A stretch of 64,000 nucleotides of DNA from positions 39,866,001 to 39,930,000 of the forward strand of contig NC_091290.1 in assembly GCF_032444005.1 (NCBI RefSeq), written 5' to 3'. Of the stretch, positions 12,660-24,564 are shown piece by piece. The DNA comes from Ranitomeya imitator. Lineage: Eukaryota. Under the pieces are notes generated by a model. That model ran no database searches, was not told where the DNA came from, and was given only the letters and a program-made list of their open reading frames with translations. The translations under genes and the position numbers were made by a program. Within the stretch, counting starts at the first letter, position 1. Each line of letters begins with the position of its first letter.

Positions 12660-12811
12660 TGCTAATAGCAACGCGTCGCTGATTGGTCGTCTGTCAGGAC
12701 AACGCGTCCTGTTGCCGCGCGCGCAGTCAGTACAATGTGTGAGCGCGGGAAATTCCATCCGGTCTGGACTGTGTAAAGATTATTACCGTACTGCTGTGTG
12801 TAGGAGCGCAG
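12660..12811 (+). promoter_or_regulatory. POLA2: Probable POLA2 core promoter and non-coding first exon
   Basis: CpG-rich unique island between two minisatellites. Inverted CCAAT (ATTGG 12682-12686), E2F-type GCGCGGGAAA (12743-12752), candidate donor CAG|GTACCG at 12811/12812. The first coding exon has an acceptor (TTTCAG, 14930) upstream of its ATG, which implies an upstream exon. TSS not determinable from sequence. Confidence 0.6.
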
Positions 12812-12939
12812 GTACCGGGAACCTGTTGTCAGAGTGGTCAGTGCCGAGCCCTTGTGTACGGATCCCCCCGCAGAGGCCCAGGTGCTGTGCTATGAGGGCC
12901 TGGGGAGGGGTGTACAGGGGGCTGAGACAGGTGTGTGTC

Positions 12940-14893
12940 TAGTGTACGTGGGGCTGCGGCTGCTGTGTGTGGTGCATGTGGAGCTGCGGCCGCTGTATGT
13001 GTGTGGGGGTGTACGTGGGACTGCGGCCGCTGTTTGTCGGTGTACGTGGGTCTGCGGCTGGTTTGTGTGTGTGTCTCTGTCTGCTGTATGTGGGGCTGGG
13101 GCCGCTGTGTGTGTGGGGGTGTACGTGGGGCTGGGGCCGCTGTGTGTGTGTCTGGTGCACGTGGGGCTGGGGCCGCTGTGTGTGTGTCTGGTGCACGTGG
13201 GGCTGGGGCCGCTGTGTGTGTCTGGTGCACGTGGGGCTGGGGCCGCTGTGTGTGTGTCTGGTGCACGTGGGGCTGGGGCCGCTGTGTGTGTGTCTGGTGC
13301 ACGTGGGGCTGGGGCCGCTGTGTGTGTCTGGTGCACGTGGGGCTGGGGCCGCTGTGTGTGTGTCTGGTGCACGTGGGGCTGGGGCCGCTGTGTGTGTCTG
13401 GTGCACGTGGGGCAGGGGCCGCTGTGTGTGTGTCTGCTGTACGTGGGGCTGGGGCCGCTGTGTGTGTGTCTGCTGTACGTGGGGCTGGGGCCGCTGTGTG
13501 TGTCTGGTGCACGTGGGGCTGGGGCCGCTGTGTGTGTCTGGTGCACGTGGGGCTGGGGCCGCTGTGTGTGTCTGCTGTACGTGGGGCTGGGGCCGCTGTG
13601 TGTGTGTCTGGTGCACGTGGGTCTGGGGCCGCTGTGTGTGTCTGGTGCACGTGGGGCTGGGGCCGCTGTGTGTGTCTGCTGTACGTGGGGCTGGGGCCGC
13701 TGTGTGTGTGTCTGGTGCACGTGGGGCTGGGGCCGCTGTGTGTGTGTCTGGTGCACGTGGGGCTGGGGCCGCTGTGTGTGTGTCTGCTGTACATGGGGCT
13801 GGGGCCACTGTGTGTGTGTATGCTGTACGTGGGGCCGCTGTGTGTGTCTGGTGTACGTGGGGCTGGGGCCGCTGTGTGTGTCTTGTGTACGTGGGGCTGG
13901 GGCCGCTGTGTGTGTGTCTGATGTACGTGGGGCTGGGGCCGCTGTGTGTGTCTTGTGTACGTGGGGCTGGGGCCACTGTGTGTGTGTATGCTGTACGTGG
14001 GGCCGCTGTGTGTGGAGGTGTACGTGGGGCCGCTGTGTGTGTCTGGTGTACGTGGGGCTGGGGCCGCTGTGTGTGTCTTGTGTACGTGGGGCTGGGGCCG
14101 CTGTGTGTGTGTCTGCTGTACGTGGGGCTGGGGCCACTGTGTGTGTGTATGCTGTACGTGGGGCCGCTGTGTGTGGAGGTGTACGTGGGGCCGCTGTGTG
14201 TGTCTGGTGTACGTGGGGCTGGGGCCATTGTGTGGGAGTGTTCGTGGGGCTGGGGCCGCTGTGTGTGTCTGGTGTATGTGGGGCTGGGGCCGCTCTGTGT
14301 GTCTGGTGTATGTGGGGCTGGGGCCGCTGTGTGTGTCTGGTGTATGTGGGGCTGCGGCCGCTGTGTGTGGAGGTGTACGTGGGGCTGGGGCCGCTGTGTG
14401 TGGAGGTGTACGTGGGGCTGGGGCCGCTGTGTGTGGAGGTGTACGTGGGGCCGCTGTGTGTGTGTGTCTGCTGTACGTGGGGCCGCTGTGTGTGGAGGTG
14501 TACGTGGGGCCGCTGTGTGTGTCTGGTGTACGTGGGGCTGCGGCCGCTGTGTGTGGAGGTGTACGTGGGGCTGGGGCCGCTGTGTGTGGAGGTGTACGTG
14601 GGGCCGCTGTGTGTGTCTGGTGTACGTGGGGCTGGGGCCGCTGTGTGTGTCTGGTGTACGTGGGGCTGGGGCCGCTGTGTGTGTCTGGTGTACGTGGGGC
14701 TGGGGCCGCTGTGTGTGTGTTTGGGGGGGGTGTACATGGGGCTGCGGCCGCTGTGTGTGTGTTTGGGGGGGGTGTACATGGGGCTGCGGCCGCTGTGTGT
14801 GGGGGTGTGCATGGGGCCGCTGTGTGTGGGGGTGTACATGGGGCTGCGGCCGCTGTGTGTGGGGGGGGTGTACGTGGGGCTGCGACCGCTGTG
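12940..14893. repeat. G/T-rich minisatellite of about 33-37 bp in the POLA2 5'-UTR intron
   Basis: Unit approximately GTACGTGGGGCTGGGGCCGCT(GT)nCTG with variable (GT)n; source of the 650-700 aa low-complexity ORFs on both strands. Confidence 0.97.
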
Positions 14894-14958
14894 GTGAGGG
14901 GGAGATAATCATATCCTTGTGTGCTTTCAGGCCTCTGGTTGCCCGCTGTGTCGGCGTC

Positions 14959-15046
14959 ATGCCCGTGTCCATAGAGAGACTCCGAGAAGAATTGTCCGTC
15001 TTTGATTTCAGTGTGAATCTTGAAGATGAAGATCTATCGGAGAAAC
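14959..15046 (+). CDS. POLA2: DNA polymerase alpha subunit B, coding exon 1
   Basis: ATG at 14959: [29 protein letters not shown], donor GTAAGA. The 18 exons sum to 1797 nt (598 aa + stop) with consistent phases. Confidence 0.88.
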
Positions 15047-15673
15047 GTAAGATGATGGCGGTGATACGTCTGAGCTGCGGTGCAGCAGATCTTTGGATAT
15101 TTTTGTAATATTGTTTGCTATGGGGGGTAATTTTGGTGTCTGAAGAGCCCCTGGCTTTGTGTATGGTACCGCCAGAGGGTGTCGAGCACGTCCGTGGGTG
15201 TAATGGGGCGATAACTGGCTAGAACAGAGTCCCCGGCCACTGGCAATGCTCCTCTGCCTCCCAACAAAACCAAAACTGTGCTTTACTTCCACTCACTGGG
15301 TCCGGTGCTGCGTCTCCACCGCTGCTCCCCGGTGCCTGGCTGCAGCACTGTTGACTTATCAGGAAAGCGGAGCCTGGGAGCAGCAGCGGAGACTCCGCTC
15401 CAGACCCAATGAGGGGATATATATCAGAGCGCAAAACCCCTTTAACTCTTTGGTGCCCCGGTCATTGTTGGTCTTTATGCCAAATCATCAATATTATCAT
15501 TGATAATATTGCCATTATTACTTTTAATGCTCCGTTCAGACGAGTGTCGTCATTCTCGACCTGTCACATCCGTGGTTTCCTCGCATTGCAGACCTGGCGG
15601 AATGAAATCCAGCGCTGTCCCATAAAAGTAATAGACGACTGTGTAGACGACTCTCCTTTTATTGTCTCTACAG

Positions 15674-15795
15674 TGGTGGAACTTTGCTCCGTTCATCGGC
15701 TCAGTGAGGAAGCGATGGTTGATGAATGGATGGCTTTCTCCACTACCAGGAATTTACCGCTCAGTGTTGCCAATCTCTGTGCTTTGGAGCATGAA
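15674..15795 (+). CDS. POLA2: POLA2 coding exon 2
   Basis: VELCSVHRLSEEAMVDEWMAFSTTRNLPLSVANLCALEHE; CAG / GTAAGT. Confidence 0.95.
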
Positions 15796-16134
15796 GTAAG
15801 TGGAGATTTGCACATTTGTTATATATTGTATATTCATTATAGGTATTCTGAAAATGCCCAATGTAGGGCTGGGTAATCAAATTAAGTTGCCATTTTAATT
15901 CGGCACCAATCTGATTTTGACCAGAAAATTGATGTGATTGGAAGTGACAGCAGAACATAGAGGAAGCCAGGGAGCAGGACACGGTGCTGGTGGCAGCAAA
16001 ATGACTGTTCAAACCAAGCACAGGTGCTCCGCGCACCCTTGGTGTGGCCAAACAGCTCAATGCACCTTCCCAACCTAAACCTACATGGTTTCCTGCCATC
16101 TCCACCCCCACTTCTATGATTGACAGGTCTGGTT

Positions 16135-16420
16135 TCATAAAGCCAGAGAAGGGGCGGAAATAGATGGGAAGGTGTGCTTTAATTTTTGGTCAACACCATG
16201 ATGCACCAAGCGTCTGTGCTTGGTTTGGACAGTCATTATGTGCCAACAGACTCCCTTTAATTTTGCCTGTAGCAGGCTTGTCTGCCCAGAAGGATGTAGG
16301 TCTGTAGAGTGAGGAGGTGGCAGGATGCCCTTCAGCAGTGTGATGCTGCTTTCTGCTAAAGAGTCCGGGAGGTGGTTCCTCTCGCTCTCCAATAGTCACC
16401 ATGTGGTACATCATCACATG
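16135..16420 (-). mobile_element. Degraded L1/Tx1-clade ORF2 fragment
   Basis: LPDSLAESSITLL and SSLYRPTSF in different frames resemble the L1 LPxSxxEAxITLIPK...SYRPISL region. Confidence 0.4.
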
Positions 16421-18274
16421 GCCACTCCGGTGGCATCCAGGGCACCTAGGGATGATGAAGCCAGCACGCTTTGCTTCACTGCACACCAGGCAAAGCTAAC
16501 AAGGGATGACCTATCCCACCCGGAGGGGTCGGCCATTGTGACTATTTACAACAGAGGGACCACCACTCTGACTCTTCAGCAGAAAGCTGCATGCCTTGTG
16601 CGCTACATCTAGACTTCTCCAAAAATAAAATGCAGGAACACAAAACTTTTTATATAGGGGGAAGTTTAGAAACTCCATCCCCTGTGCGGTGAACCAGTAA
16701 TAGCCATTTCTATTCTGCAATGAGACCCGTGCAATAGTGTGGACTGCAGGTGTCTCTCAAAAAGAAGTTCAAAGAAATCGATCGGTCACTGCAGAAGCTC
16801 TCAGTGCAACCTTAGGGCCGTCATACGCTTCATATTTATGTTGGCTAAACCCGTCCATTCCAGCAGGACCGTCTGATAATCTCATCTGTATGGCGGCTTC
16901 TTAATTCTGGAAGGAATGTTGACCCGCCACCCTTTAATTTCCCAGGGAAATAAGATTAACGTCCACCATTGGGGCTCGTGCAGACGGCGGTGTTATCTGA
17001 TCTGATTTTCCGCTTGTCTGTACCTAATCTGTATCGGCCGGGGGGGTCTCTAATCACTAATTTCATGTAGATTTGAGATGAGCAATTTTTGGTTTCCCGT
17101 GGTGCTGCAAGTCTACAAAGAACATGCTGGAACTTACGGTGCTCCCATGCTTGTATTTACTTAATCCGATTTCCTTTAATTCCCCTAGAGATGAGCGGAT
17201 CGATTTGCAGGACTCTGGAACAGCGACCAGACAGGAGGCCCATGAATTTCCTACCTTCCAGCGTCCCAGGTGCGGCTTTTGATTAGGGGGTGCGACGTGC
17301 TCTACGAGACCCATTCCACGGATGATGGCGTTGCACCAACTCTGACAAATCAAATGCTGCGCTAGGGACGACAGAAGATAAGAAATTGCGCGGGCCTCCT
17401 GTCTATCCGCCCGGTGCTACTGACCTAGACGCCGGCCCGGAGTCTCATGACCCAAGCTCAGATCTATATTCCCCATTCTATCATTTCCAATGCCGAGAGG
17501 TCTTCTGAACCTTTAACATACATGTGAGCAAACGCACTTATTAATTTTTTTGCCTTCTAGTGTTTATTCAGCCCTTATACCCACTTCACACACCGCTGCC
17601 TTCATATCCTCCTCCTCCTCATGTGTCGACCTCTCATGTAAATCGTAGAAAGGTTTTATTTGTGTTTCTATGTAACTATTACCATTTTGGAATGTTTTAG
17701 CTTTTCAATTAACCAATCTGTTGCTCGGTATGTTTTCTTTTGGTTACGGATGTTACTTTGCATCACGACTAGTTACTTTCTAACAAACGTGGCCTCAGAT
17801 CATATGTCTGGAAGTTAAACCTTGTGATAGATCTATTAGAACAAAAGTGTCCACACCATCCCCCTCCAAAACAGTTTTGCTGGTGGGTATAAAACACACT
17901 AAACAGCCCTCAAAGTCCATGGATTGTCCACAGTAGACGTCTGTCGCCTTTTCTCAGGGTGTCAGATCAATTTGGGTGGGGCGATGCACAAGTGAGGGTC
18001 TTGGTGATCACAATATTTTTTTTCATTTATGACATTCTCCCCCCTGCATTTTGGGCTACCCTATAGGAATAAAATACTATACGTAAGGCATGGCGTGTAC
18101 CTTAACTTTTCGATTTTTGCTATAGATTTTAGAGTAACCCAGTGTCACGACTTTTCACATGGGCCATTTTTGTGGGCCTGGGACACATCCATCTGCGATG
18201 GGACGTCGGTAGAATTATTTACTTTCAGGTGCAAAATATTACAATGAAATATTATCATTTTTTTTGTCTTTTAG

Positions 18275-18360
18275 GTTCTCAATAGAAAAATTTTGAAGCG
18301 TCCCAATGCGAGAAAAGAAAAGCATTGTGGCAACAGGGACATCAACAGCATCCAAGAGCT
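18275..18360 (+). CDS. POLA2: POLA2 coding exon 3
   Basis: VLNRKILKRPNARKEKHCGNRDINSIQEL; followed by the U12-type donor GTATCCTT. Confidence 0.9.
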
Positions 18361-18540
18361 GTATCCTTATTAACATCACTGTAGGCATTCCACCTGAGAC
18401 CTTTTGTGGAACTACAACTCCCAGTTACAGGCCTTCAGAGCATGATGGGAGTTGTACTTTCACAACAGCTGGAGTGCCCCTTGTGGCTGATTTGTGAACT
18501 ACACCATGCTTAACTGTTTGATGGCTTTAACTTATCCAAG
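18361..18540 (+). other. POLA2: U12-type (minor spliceosome) GT-AG intron of POLA2
   Basis: 5' site GTATCCTT; branch-like CTTTAAC at 18525-18531, about 10 nt before the AG; no polypyrimidine tract. Confidence 0.85.
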
Positions 18541-18598
18541 TATCGAGGTGGAGACCGAAGAGGAAAACTTACTGGATTCATATACCACGCCTGCAAAA
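18541..18598 (+). CDS. POLA2: POLA2 coding exon 4
   Basis: IEVETEEENLLDSYTTPAK; donor GTGAGT. Confidence 0.92.
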
Positions 18599-19367
18599 GT
18601 GAGTATGAGTAGTCTGTGGTGCACCATTTTTCATTTTTTGGGGGAAAAATATCTTTGGAAAAGCTTTTATGGTCTGTACACGAGCCATCTTTTTCAGGTT
18701 GATTGCGCCTGTAGCCTGTCTGAAAAAGCATTAAAAAAAATGTGAAAAATAATGAAAATGTGCACAGCAATGTTAAAATTACTCGCATCTTCTCTTTTCC
18801 TTTTTTTTTTTTTTTTTCAAATTTAATGGCAAACCCCCCCCCCTGAAAAAGTTCCCTAAAAAAGTTTATAAGGTTGATGATGTGCATTTCTTTATGAAAA
18901 TGACTCGCTGTTCGCATCTTCAGCCTTTTGATCGTTTTTTTTTCACCGCTTCAGGTTTCAAAAAAGACAAATCGGTTAAAACAAGTGATCGGTCAGTTCC
19001 GTTCCTTCTTCTTCCATCTTCTAAAACTGGAGCAAACTAAATTAATCAGTTTAAGAGCCAAATAGACAAACGGGAGACCCGTGGCATCTTTTTGTAGTGT
19101 TTTAAAAATCCGTGCGTTAAAAAAAAAGGCCACCGCCTCTCAGGGCTTATCTACAGCATTCTATAATGCTTCCAGTGTTCCTATTCCGTAAAATCGAGCC
19201 TTCTATGTAGTTACTATTAGGTTTAACCGCATACCATGTAATAATCCGTTTTCTTTCCATAAATATTATCCTATTGCTTCATTTTAAGTGTATTTCTCAC
19301 TGTTGTATGGATGGCTATGGTGACACTGCAGCCTTGGTCTTTAATTGCCCATCATTGTTTCTTCCAG

Positions 19368-19471
19368 GGATCTCAGAAACGCATCTTATCAACCCCTGAG
19401 AACCCACAATCGAAGCGCGTTCCAACCCGGAGCCCCCATCTTCTCTTTTCTCCAGCTACATTCTCACCCAG
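19368..19471 (+). CDS. POLA2: POLA2 coding exon 5
   Basis: GSQKRILSTPENPQSKRVPTRSPHLLFSPATFSP (S/T-P-rich, CDK-site region). Confidence 0.93.
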
Positions 19472-19841
19472 GTAGACCCTTCTTTATTTTTTTGGGTATG
19501 TTCGGTCTTTGGGGAGATAGATATTCTAATGGTCATGCCTTCTCCTTCTTGCCTGCAGTCCTAGATCAGGGAACAGGCCATGCTCCCTGATCTCAGACTG
19601 ACAGACGTTATCAGGGGGCTGGCTGCTGCTGCTAGAAGCCATGCCCCTTCATGTGGCGGAAAGGTACCGAGTAACAGCGCCAGCATCACACTGAATTACA
19701 TGTACCACGAGGATGGGAAACAACGCTATTCATGTTACCTAATAGTTTATGAAGGCATGACCATTTCAAATATTTGAATCTCCCTGCAGTACCCCTTATT
19801 ATCAGGGCGTGCACTTCGCTCCTTCTACCAAACTGGCTTGA

Positions 19842-20388
19842 AGGGAATCTGCCGCCAGGTTTTTGTCACCTGATCTGTGTGGAAGAAGGAGTCAGATGGA
19901 CTCTGAAATGCATTGGAACATAAAACTCTTCTTTTGTCCTGATATTCTGTCTTGAATTTCATTGAAAAGCAGCAGCGCAGAGTAAATTCTCCTTTCCTGG
20001 TAGTTCAGCACAATGTAGGGGCAGAGACCCTGATTCCTTGATGTCAGTTATTGTGCTGCTTTCTATATTTTTTATGAAATGTTTTATCAGTAGGACATTA
20101 CCACTAGAGGACTAGTAATCCAGCTACCATGTAGTCCTCCATATTCCTGATCTGTCTAACCCTGCCCCCACCACTGGCTGCTTTCTGTGTGCATAGGCAG
20201 AAAGCAGCCAATCAGTGATGTGGGTGGGGTTATACAGCTCCGCATTCAGAGAACTGCTACATCAGATAAAACAGTGATTTTATGGAAATTACAGCAAGTA
20301 GCCCAGTAAGTGATACATCACTGGAATCAGGCTCTCTTGCCCTATATGATGCTGCTCTCAGATTACATAACAAAACCTGCTGACATTC
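19842..20388. mobile_element. T2/Kolobok-like MITE (same family as 1463 and 60384)
   Basis: Starts AGGGAATCTG; shares CAGAGACCCTGATTCC and GTGATACATCACTGGAATCAGG blocks with the other copies. Confidence 0.55.
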
Positions 20389-21193
20389 ATTGTTACATCT
20401 AATAAAAATTGTCAGATTGAAAAAAAAAAAAAAAAAGTAGTAATGACATTGTGATAAATACTGCAGGTTGTCATGATGCCTCCTTTTTTATGGTGGTTTA
20501 ACCATTTCTGGTTAAGCTTTGATACATTTGACATAACAAAACTTTCATTTTTTATTTCCTGATCGAAATGCATCTGAATTCTGTCTCCATTTGATTTATT
20601 TTTATTTATTTTTTTATACTTAAAACTAAGTCCTTGTTTGTTTGACACAACAACGGATTAAAATTTTGGATTAAAATTTTTTTTGTAACCTAAACCAAAC
20701 AATTGGGGGCGGTGGGGAGGGAAGTGCAGAATTTAGGATTCAACATGTTAAGTTCAGTGCGTTGTCAGACTGTCTACGTTTCCACTCTCTAAATATGCCC
20801 TGGAACATGTAATATTAATACATTGTCTTAGTGATAATTTATTAGGGATTGGTCGGTGCAACATAATGTTCCATAATTACACCAACCAATGTGTATAAAT
20901 GATAACAACACCCAATTATCACTTTATAAACACGTATTCCAAGTATTTCCAGGAGAGGAAACAGAGGAAAAGGCACAATGCTGAATTCTCATATAAATAT
21001 TCCAGAATTGGTATTTAATTGTTGAATGCAATAATATATTAAATGGACAGACTAATGGCGTATAGCACGCAATAAAACTGGGATAGTGAATTTAGGAGTT
21101 CGCATATTGCGACACATTTAAGACGACAGGATTTTGTGCAGCTTTGTAGACATGTTGGACACGTTCCTAATTCCCCTTTCTTTGCCGCATTAG

Positions 21194-21390
21194 CGCCACC
21201 CCATCACAGAAGTATAGCTCTCGCTCCAACCGTGGTGAAGTGGTGACCTCTTTCGGAGACATACAAGGAACATCATGGAGTGGTGGAAACGGCAAGTACA
21301 CGAAAGTAGAGCCCATAACCCTACAAGAGGAGGAGGCGCTGACTAAATCCTACAAGTACATGTTTCAGAAGTTGACGGACATCCGAGACG
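21194..21390 (+). CDS. POLA2: POLA2 coding exon 6
   Basis: ATPSQKYSSRSNRGEVVTSFG...LTKSYKYMFQKLTDIRD; donor GTAAGT. Confidence 0.95.
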
Positions 21391-21665
21391 GTAAGTATTA
21401 ATGTGTAAGATGTATTGATGTAATAGATGAATAGTCGGCATCTTATTTGACCAGCTTGGTAGTAATCTGGCTGTGGGCGTGATGGCCGCAGACCACGATG
21501 AGTTCCAACTGTTCAATAACATGCATGTTATTCTAATATGGAGACATGAGCACTGTCACGTGTCTGGCAGTTACTTATATCCAGGGAAAACCAGATCTGC
21601 TGCTTGGCATTCCTATTAGATTGTTGTTGGGTTGTGATGCAGTCACTGTCTACTTAATGAAGCCC

Positions 21666-21812
21666 GCAGGGGTTTTGTGCCGCTCCACTCTACAGAGTCG
21701 CAGGGGTTTTGTGCCGCTCCGCTCTACAGAGCCGCCAGGGTTTTGTGCCGCACCGCTCTACGGAGCCGCAGGGGTTTTGCGCCACTTTGCTCTATGGAGT
21801 TGCAGGGATTTT
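21666..21812. repeat. 34-bp tandem repeat, about 4.3 copies, POLA2 intron 6
   Basis: GCAGGGGTTTTGTGCCGCTCCRCTCTACAGAGYC with a 34-nt period. Confidence 0.85.
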
Positions 21813-21911
21813 ATCTCACTCTTCAGCCTCCTGCATGTGGCTTTTCAGTTGTTGTCTTCCATGTATGGACACCCGTCGCTCACTGTTTTCTACTTGTGTT
21901 CTCCCAAATAG

Positions 21912-22000
21912 CTGTGGGCAGTAAAATTGAAGAGCTGGGCGAGGCCCTGAAGAATTATTTCCATATTGAAGAGTTTACATCTGTCTCTTTTCCAGCTCAG
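21912..22000 (+). CDS. POLA2: POLA2 coding exon 7
   Basis: VGSKIEELGEALKNYFHIEEFTSVSFPAQ; donor GTGAGT. Confidence 0.93.
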
Positions 22001-22074
22001 GTGAGTTTGTGCAGCTACATTACCTACAGAATACAACCAAATGCAAATTGTAGTCTTACTGCGCCAAACAGTAA

Positions 22075-22791
22075 AGGCCCCTTCACACTAAGCGACGCTG
22101 CAGCGATACCGACAACGATGTCGATCGTTGCAGCGTCGCTGTTTGGTCGCTGGAGAGCTGTCACACAGACAGCTCTCCAGCGACCAACGATCCCAAAGTC
22201 CCCGGGTAACCAGGGTAAACATCGGGTTACTAAGCGCAGGGCCGCGCTTAGTAACCCGATGTTTACCCTGGTTACCAGCGTAAACGTAAAAAAAACAAAG
22301 TACATACTTACCTTCCGGTGTCTGTCCTCCGGCGCTCTGCTTTCCTCTGCACTGTGAGCGCCGGCCGGAAAGCACAGCGATGACGTCACCGCTGTGCTTT
22401 CCGGCTGGCCGGCGCACACAGCCAGTGCAGAGAAGCAGAGCGCCGGAGGACAGACACCGGAATGTAAGTATGTAGTGTTTTTTTTTTTTTTTTTTTACGT
22501 TTACGCTGGTAACCAGGGTAAACATCGGGTTTCTAAGCGCGGCCCTGCGCTTAGTAACCCGATGTTTACCCTGGTTACCAGTGAAGACATCGCTGAATCG
22601 GCGTCACACACACCGATTCAGCGATGTCTGCGGGAGTCCAGTGACGAAATAAAGTTCTGGACTTTCTGCTCCGACCAACGATGTCACAGCAGGATCCAGA
22701 TCGCTGCTGCCTGTCAAACTCGACGATATCGCTAGCCAGGACGCTGCAACGTCACAGATCGCTAGCGATATCGTTCAGTGTGACAGTACCT
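22075..22791. mobile_element. PIF/Harbinger-like MITE (AGG...CCT termini) with two internal 33-bp hairpins
   Basis: TIR-like ends AGGCCCCTTCACAC / GTGTGACAGTACCT, TWA flanks (TAA left, TTA right), hairpins at 22205-22276 and 22508-22579. Confidence 0.85.
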
Positions 22792-22925
22792 TTACGTGTG
22801 TAACAATAAATAACGTCATTAGTTTGCCCTGATCACATCTTAGGCCAAGTTCACATCTGGCTTTTCCTCCATCCCCCCCTCTTTATTGCTCTTGTTCATG
22901 ATTTTTTTTTCTCCCCTGCGTTTAG

Positions 22926-23081
22926 GAGACTGTGACTGTGCTTGGACAGATCGGTTGTGACAGCAATGGGAAGTTGAACTCCAAATCTGTTATTCTTGAG
23001 GGGGATCGGGAGCACTCGTCGGGAATGCAGGTTCCTGTGGACTTATCGGAGTTAAAGGAATATTCACTGTTTCCTGGGCAG
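22926..23081 (+). CDS. POLA2: POLA2 coding exon 8
   Basis: ETVTVLGQIGCDSNGKLNSKSVILEGDREHSSGMQVPVDLSELKEYSLFPGQ (OB fold; highly conserved). Confidence 0.97.
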
Positions 23082-24135
23082 GTATTGATCATCATTTTTA
23101 CAAAGAGCATTTCTTACAATATTGCAATCCCTTATTTAGGCTGTCGTGAAGGTAAGTTCACATGCAAATTTCATCCTTTTGGAAAGGAAAGGGTAAAATC
23201 CTGCGGCTGTTATCCTCTTTAATCTCGGACAGTGGGTTTTAACACATGCCAGTGGGGTGCGCGTCATTCCACGCTCTCATCGACACACCCATGATGACGT
23301 GATTACTGGGCGCTGATGGGTTGTCATTACAGCCGAGGGTCTGCTAAAGACCCCCGTGCCTGTCATTATGATACTCCTGTGAACGCCGGCTATAGGAGAT
23401 TGTGATTTCTGCTGCTACGTATAGCACAGGCAATCATGATCACAGCTTTAAGACTCCTAAAGAGACTATTAAATGAAGTGGTTATGGAAAAAAAAATCAC
23501 ACTTTTGTTATCGCTGCGTTCAGAAACGTCCGATCAGAATATAAAATAAATTAATCCAATCGGTAAACGGCGTAATGAGAAAAAAACACAAACTCCAGAA
23601 TAGTTTTTTTTTGCCTCCGCAACATTGCAATAAAATGCAATAACAGGCGATGAAAACATCGTATCTACCCCAAAATGGTATCAATAGGGCACAGAAAAAT
23701 AAGACCTCACCCCCAGATCCAGAAAAATGGCAACAAAGGTAAAAAAAACAAACATTTATTTATTTTTTTCATATAAATTTGGGAATTTATTTTTGCCACT
23801 TAAATAAATTATACATGTTTGGTATCTGCATTCTCGTACTGACCTGTAGAATCATGTTGTCAGGTCAGTTTTATACCGTATTTTGCAGACTATGAAATGA
23901 ACCACTTATTTTGGGAAGGAAAATAGGGAAACCTATTTTTGTGGGGGAGGAAAAAGAAAAATGAAAAAGTACCATGGCTTAAAGGGGGTTAAAAAAAAAA
24001 AAAACTGCCTTCCTTCCATAGTACTAATGCACTGCAAAATGCAAGCTATATGCAGATGGCAGCCCTTGTAGCTATACTTGCTCTTTGATAAATACCTTGT
24101 GTCTGCGGCCGTCACAAGTCTGTCTCCTCTTTCAG

Positions 24136-24198
24136 GTTGTAGTAATGGAAGGGACTAACAGCAGCGGAAGAAAGTTTGTGGCATCAAAGCTGTATGAG
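24136..24198 (+). CDS. POLA2: POLA2 coding exon 9
   Basis: VVVMEGTNSSGRKFVASKLYE. Confidence 0.93.
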
Positions 24199-24564
24199 GT
24201 CTGTGCATCTGATTTTATTTTTTTTCACATCTTCTTAAACTGAAATTATTATGGGGGGTGGATAAAACCTTCACATTGACGTCCATCACGGACCGATTTC
24301 CCCGGATGTTCCATCCGCTCCCCTGGCATGTTATCTTAATTTTAGAAGGGTGATGGGATATCTCTGAGGGGAGTGTGAAAAGAACATTGCATATTCTTTG
24401 CATGATTATGGGGGATTAATAGCAGGCACTGCATCAGAAAATAACCCTCTATTATCTGTGAAGACACGGGGGAGTCAGCGGGTGCTGGAGATTGCACGGA
24501 CCAGGGCTCATCCCACTGAATGTCTGCTCTTCTTCTTTTACCTTGCACATGATATTACTCAAGT

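Noticed and set aside
10301-12665. STSAPNPGTAGTQA (MUC1-like) ORFs
   Set aside because: Frames shift with the 41-bp variant units, starts are GTG within the repeat, and the array sits upstream of the POLA2 promoter.
14911-14918. ATATCCTT (U12 AT-AC donor consensus) just before the first coding exon's acceptor
   Set aside because: It lies 12 nt upstream of an AG acceptor, with no upstream exon ending there and no matching U12 branch/AC; likely chance.
12834-15108. Cys/Gly/Val-rich and His/Thr/Pro-rich ORFs of 300-700 aa
   Set aside because: All frames are open because the G/T-rich repeat lacks stop codons. Only the last ~30 codons before 15046 are real (POLA2 exon 1).
22205-22579. CRISPR-like or bacterial REP interpretation of the repeated hairpins and tandem arrays
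   Set aside because: Spliced vertebrate genes throughout, no unique spacers between repeats, no cas genes.
22088-22735. Recurrent ORFs with GKHRVTKRGPALSNPMFTLVT at five loci
   Set aside because: They are translations of the palindromic hairpin of a non-coding MITE; no transposase motifs.
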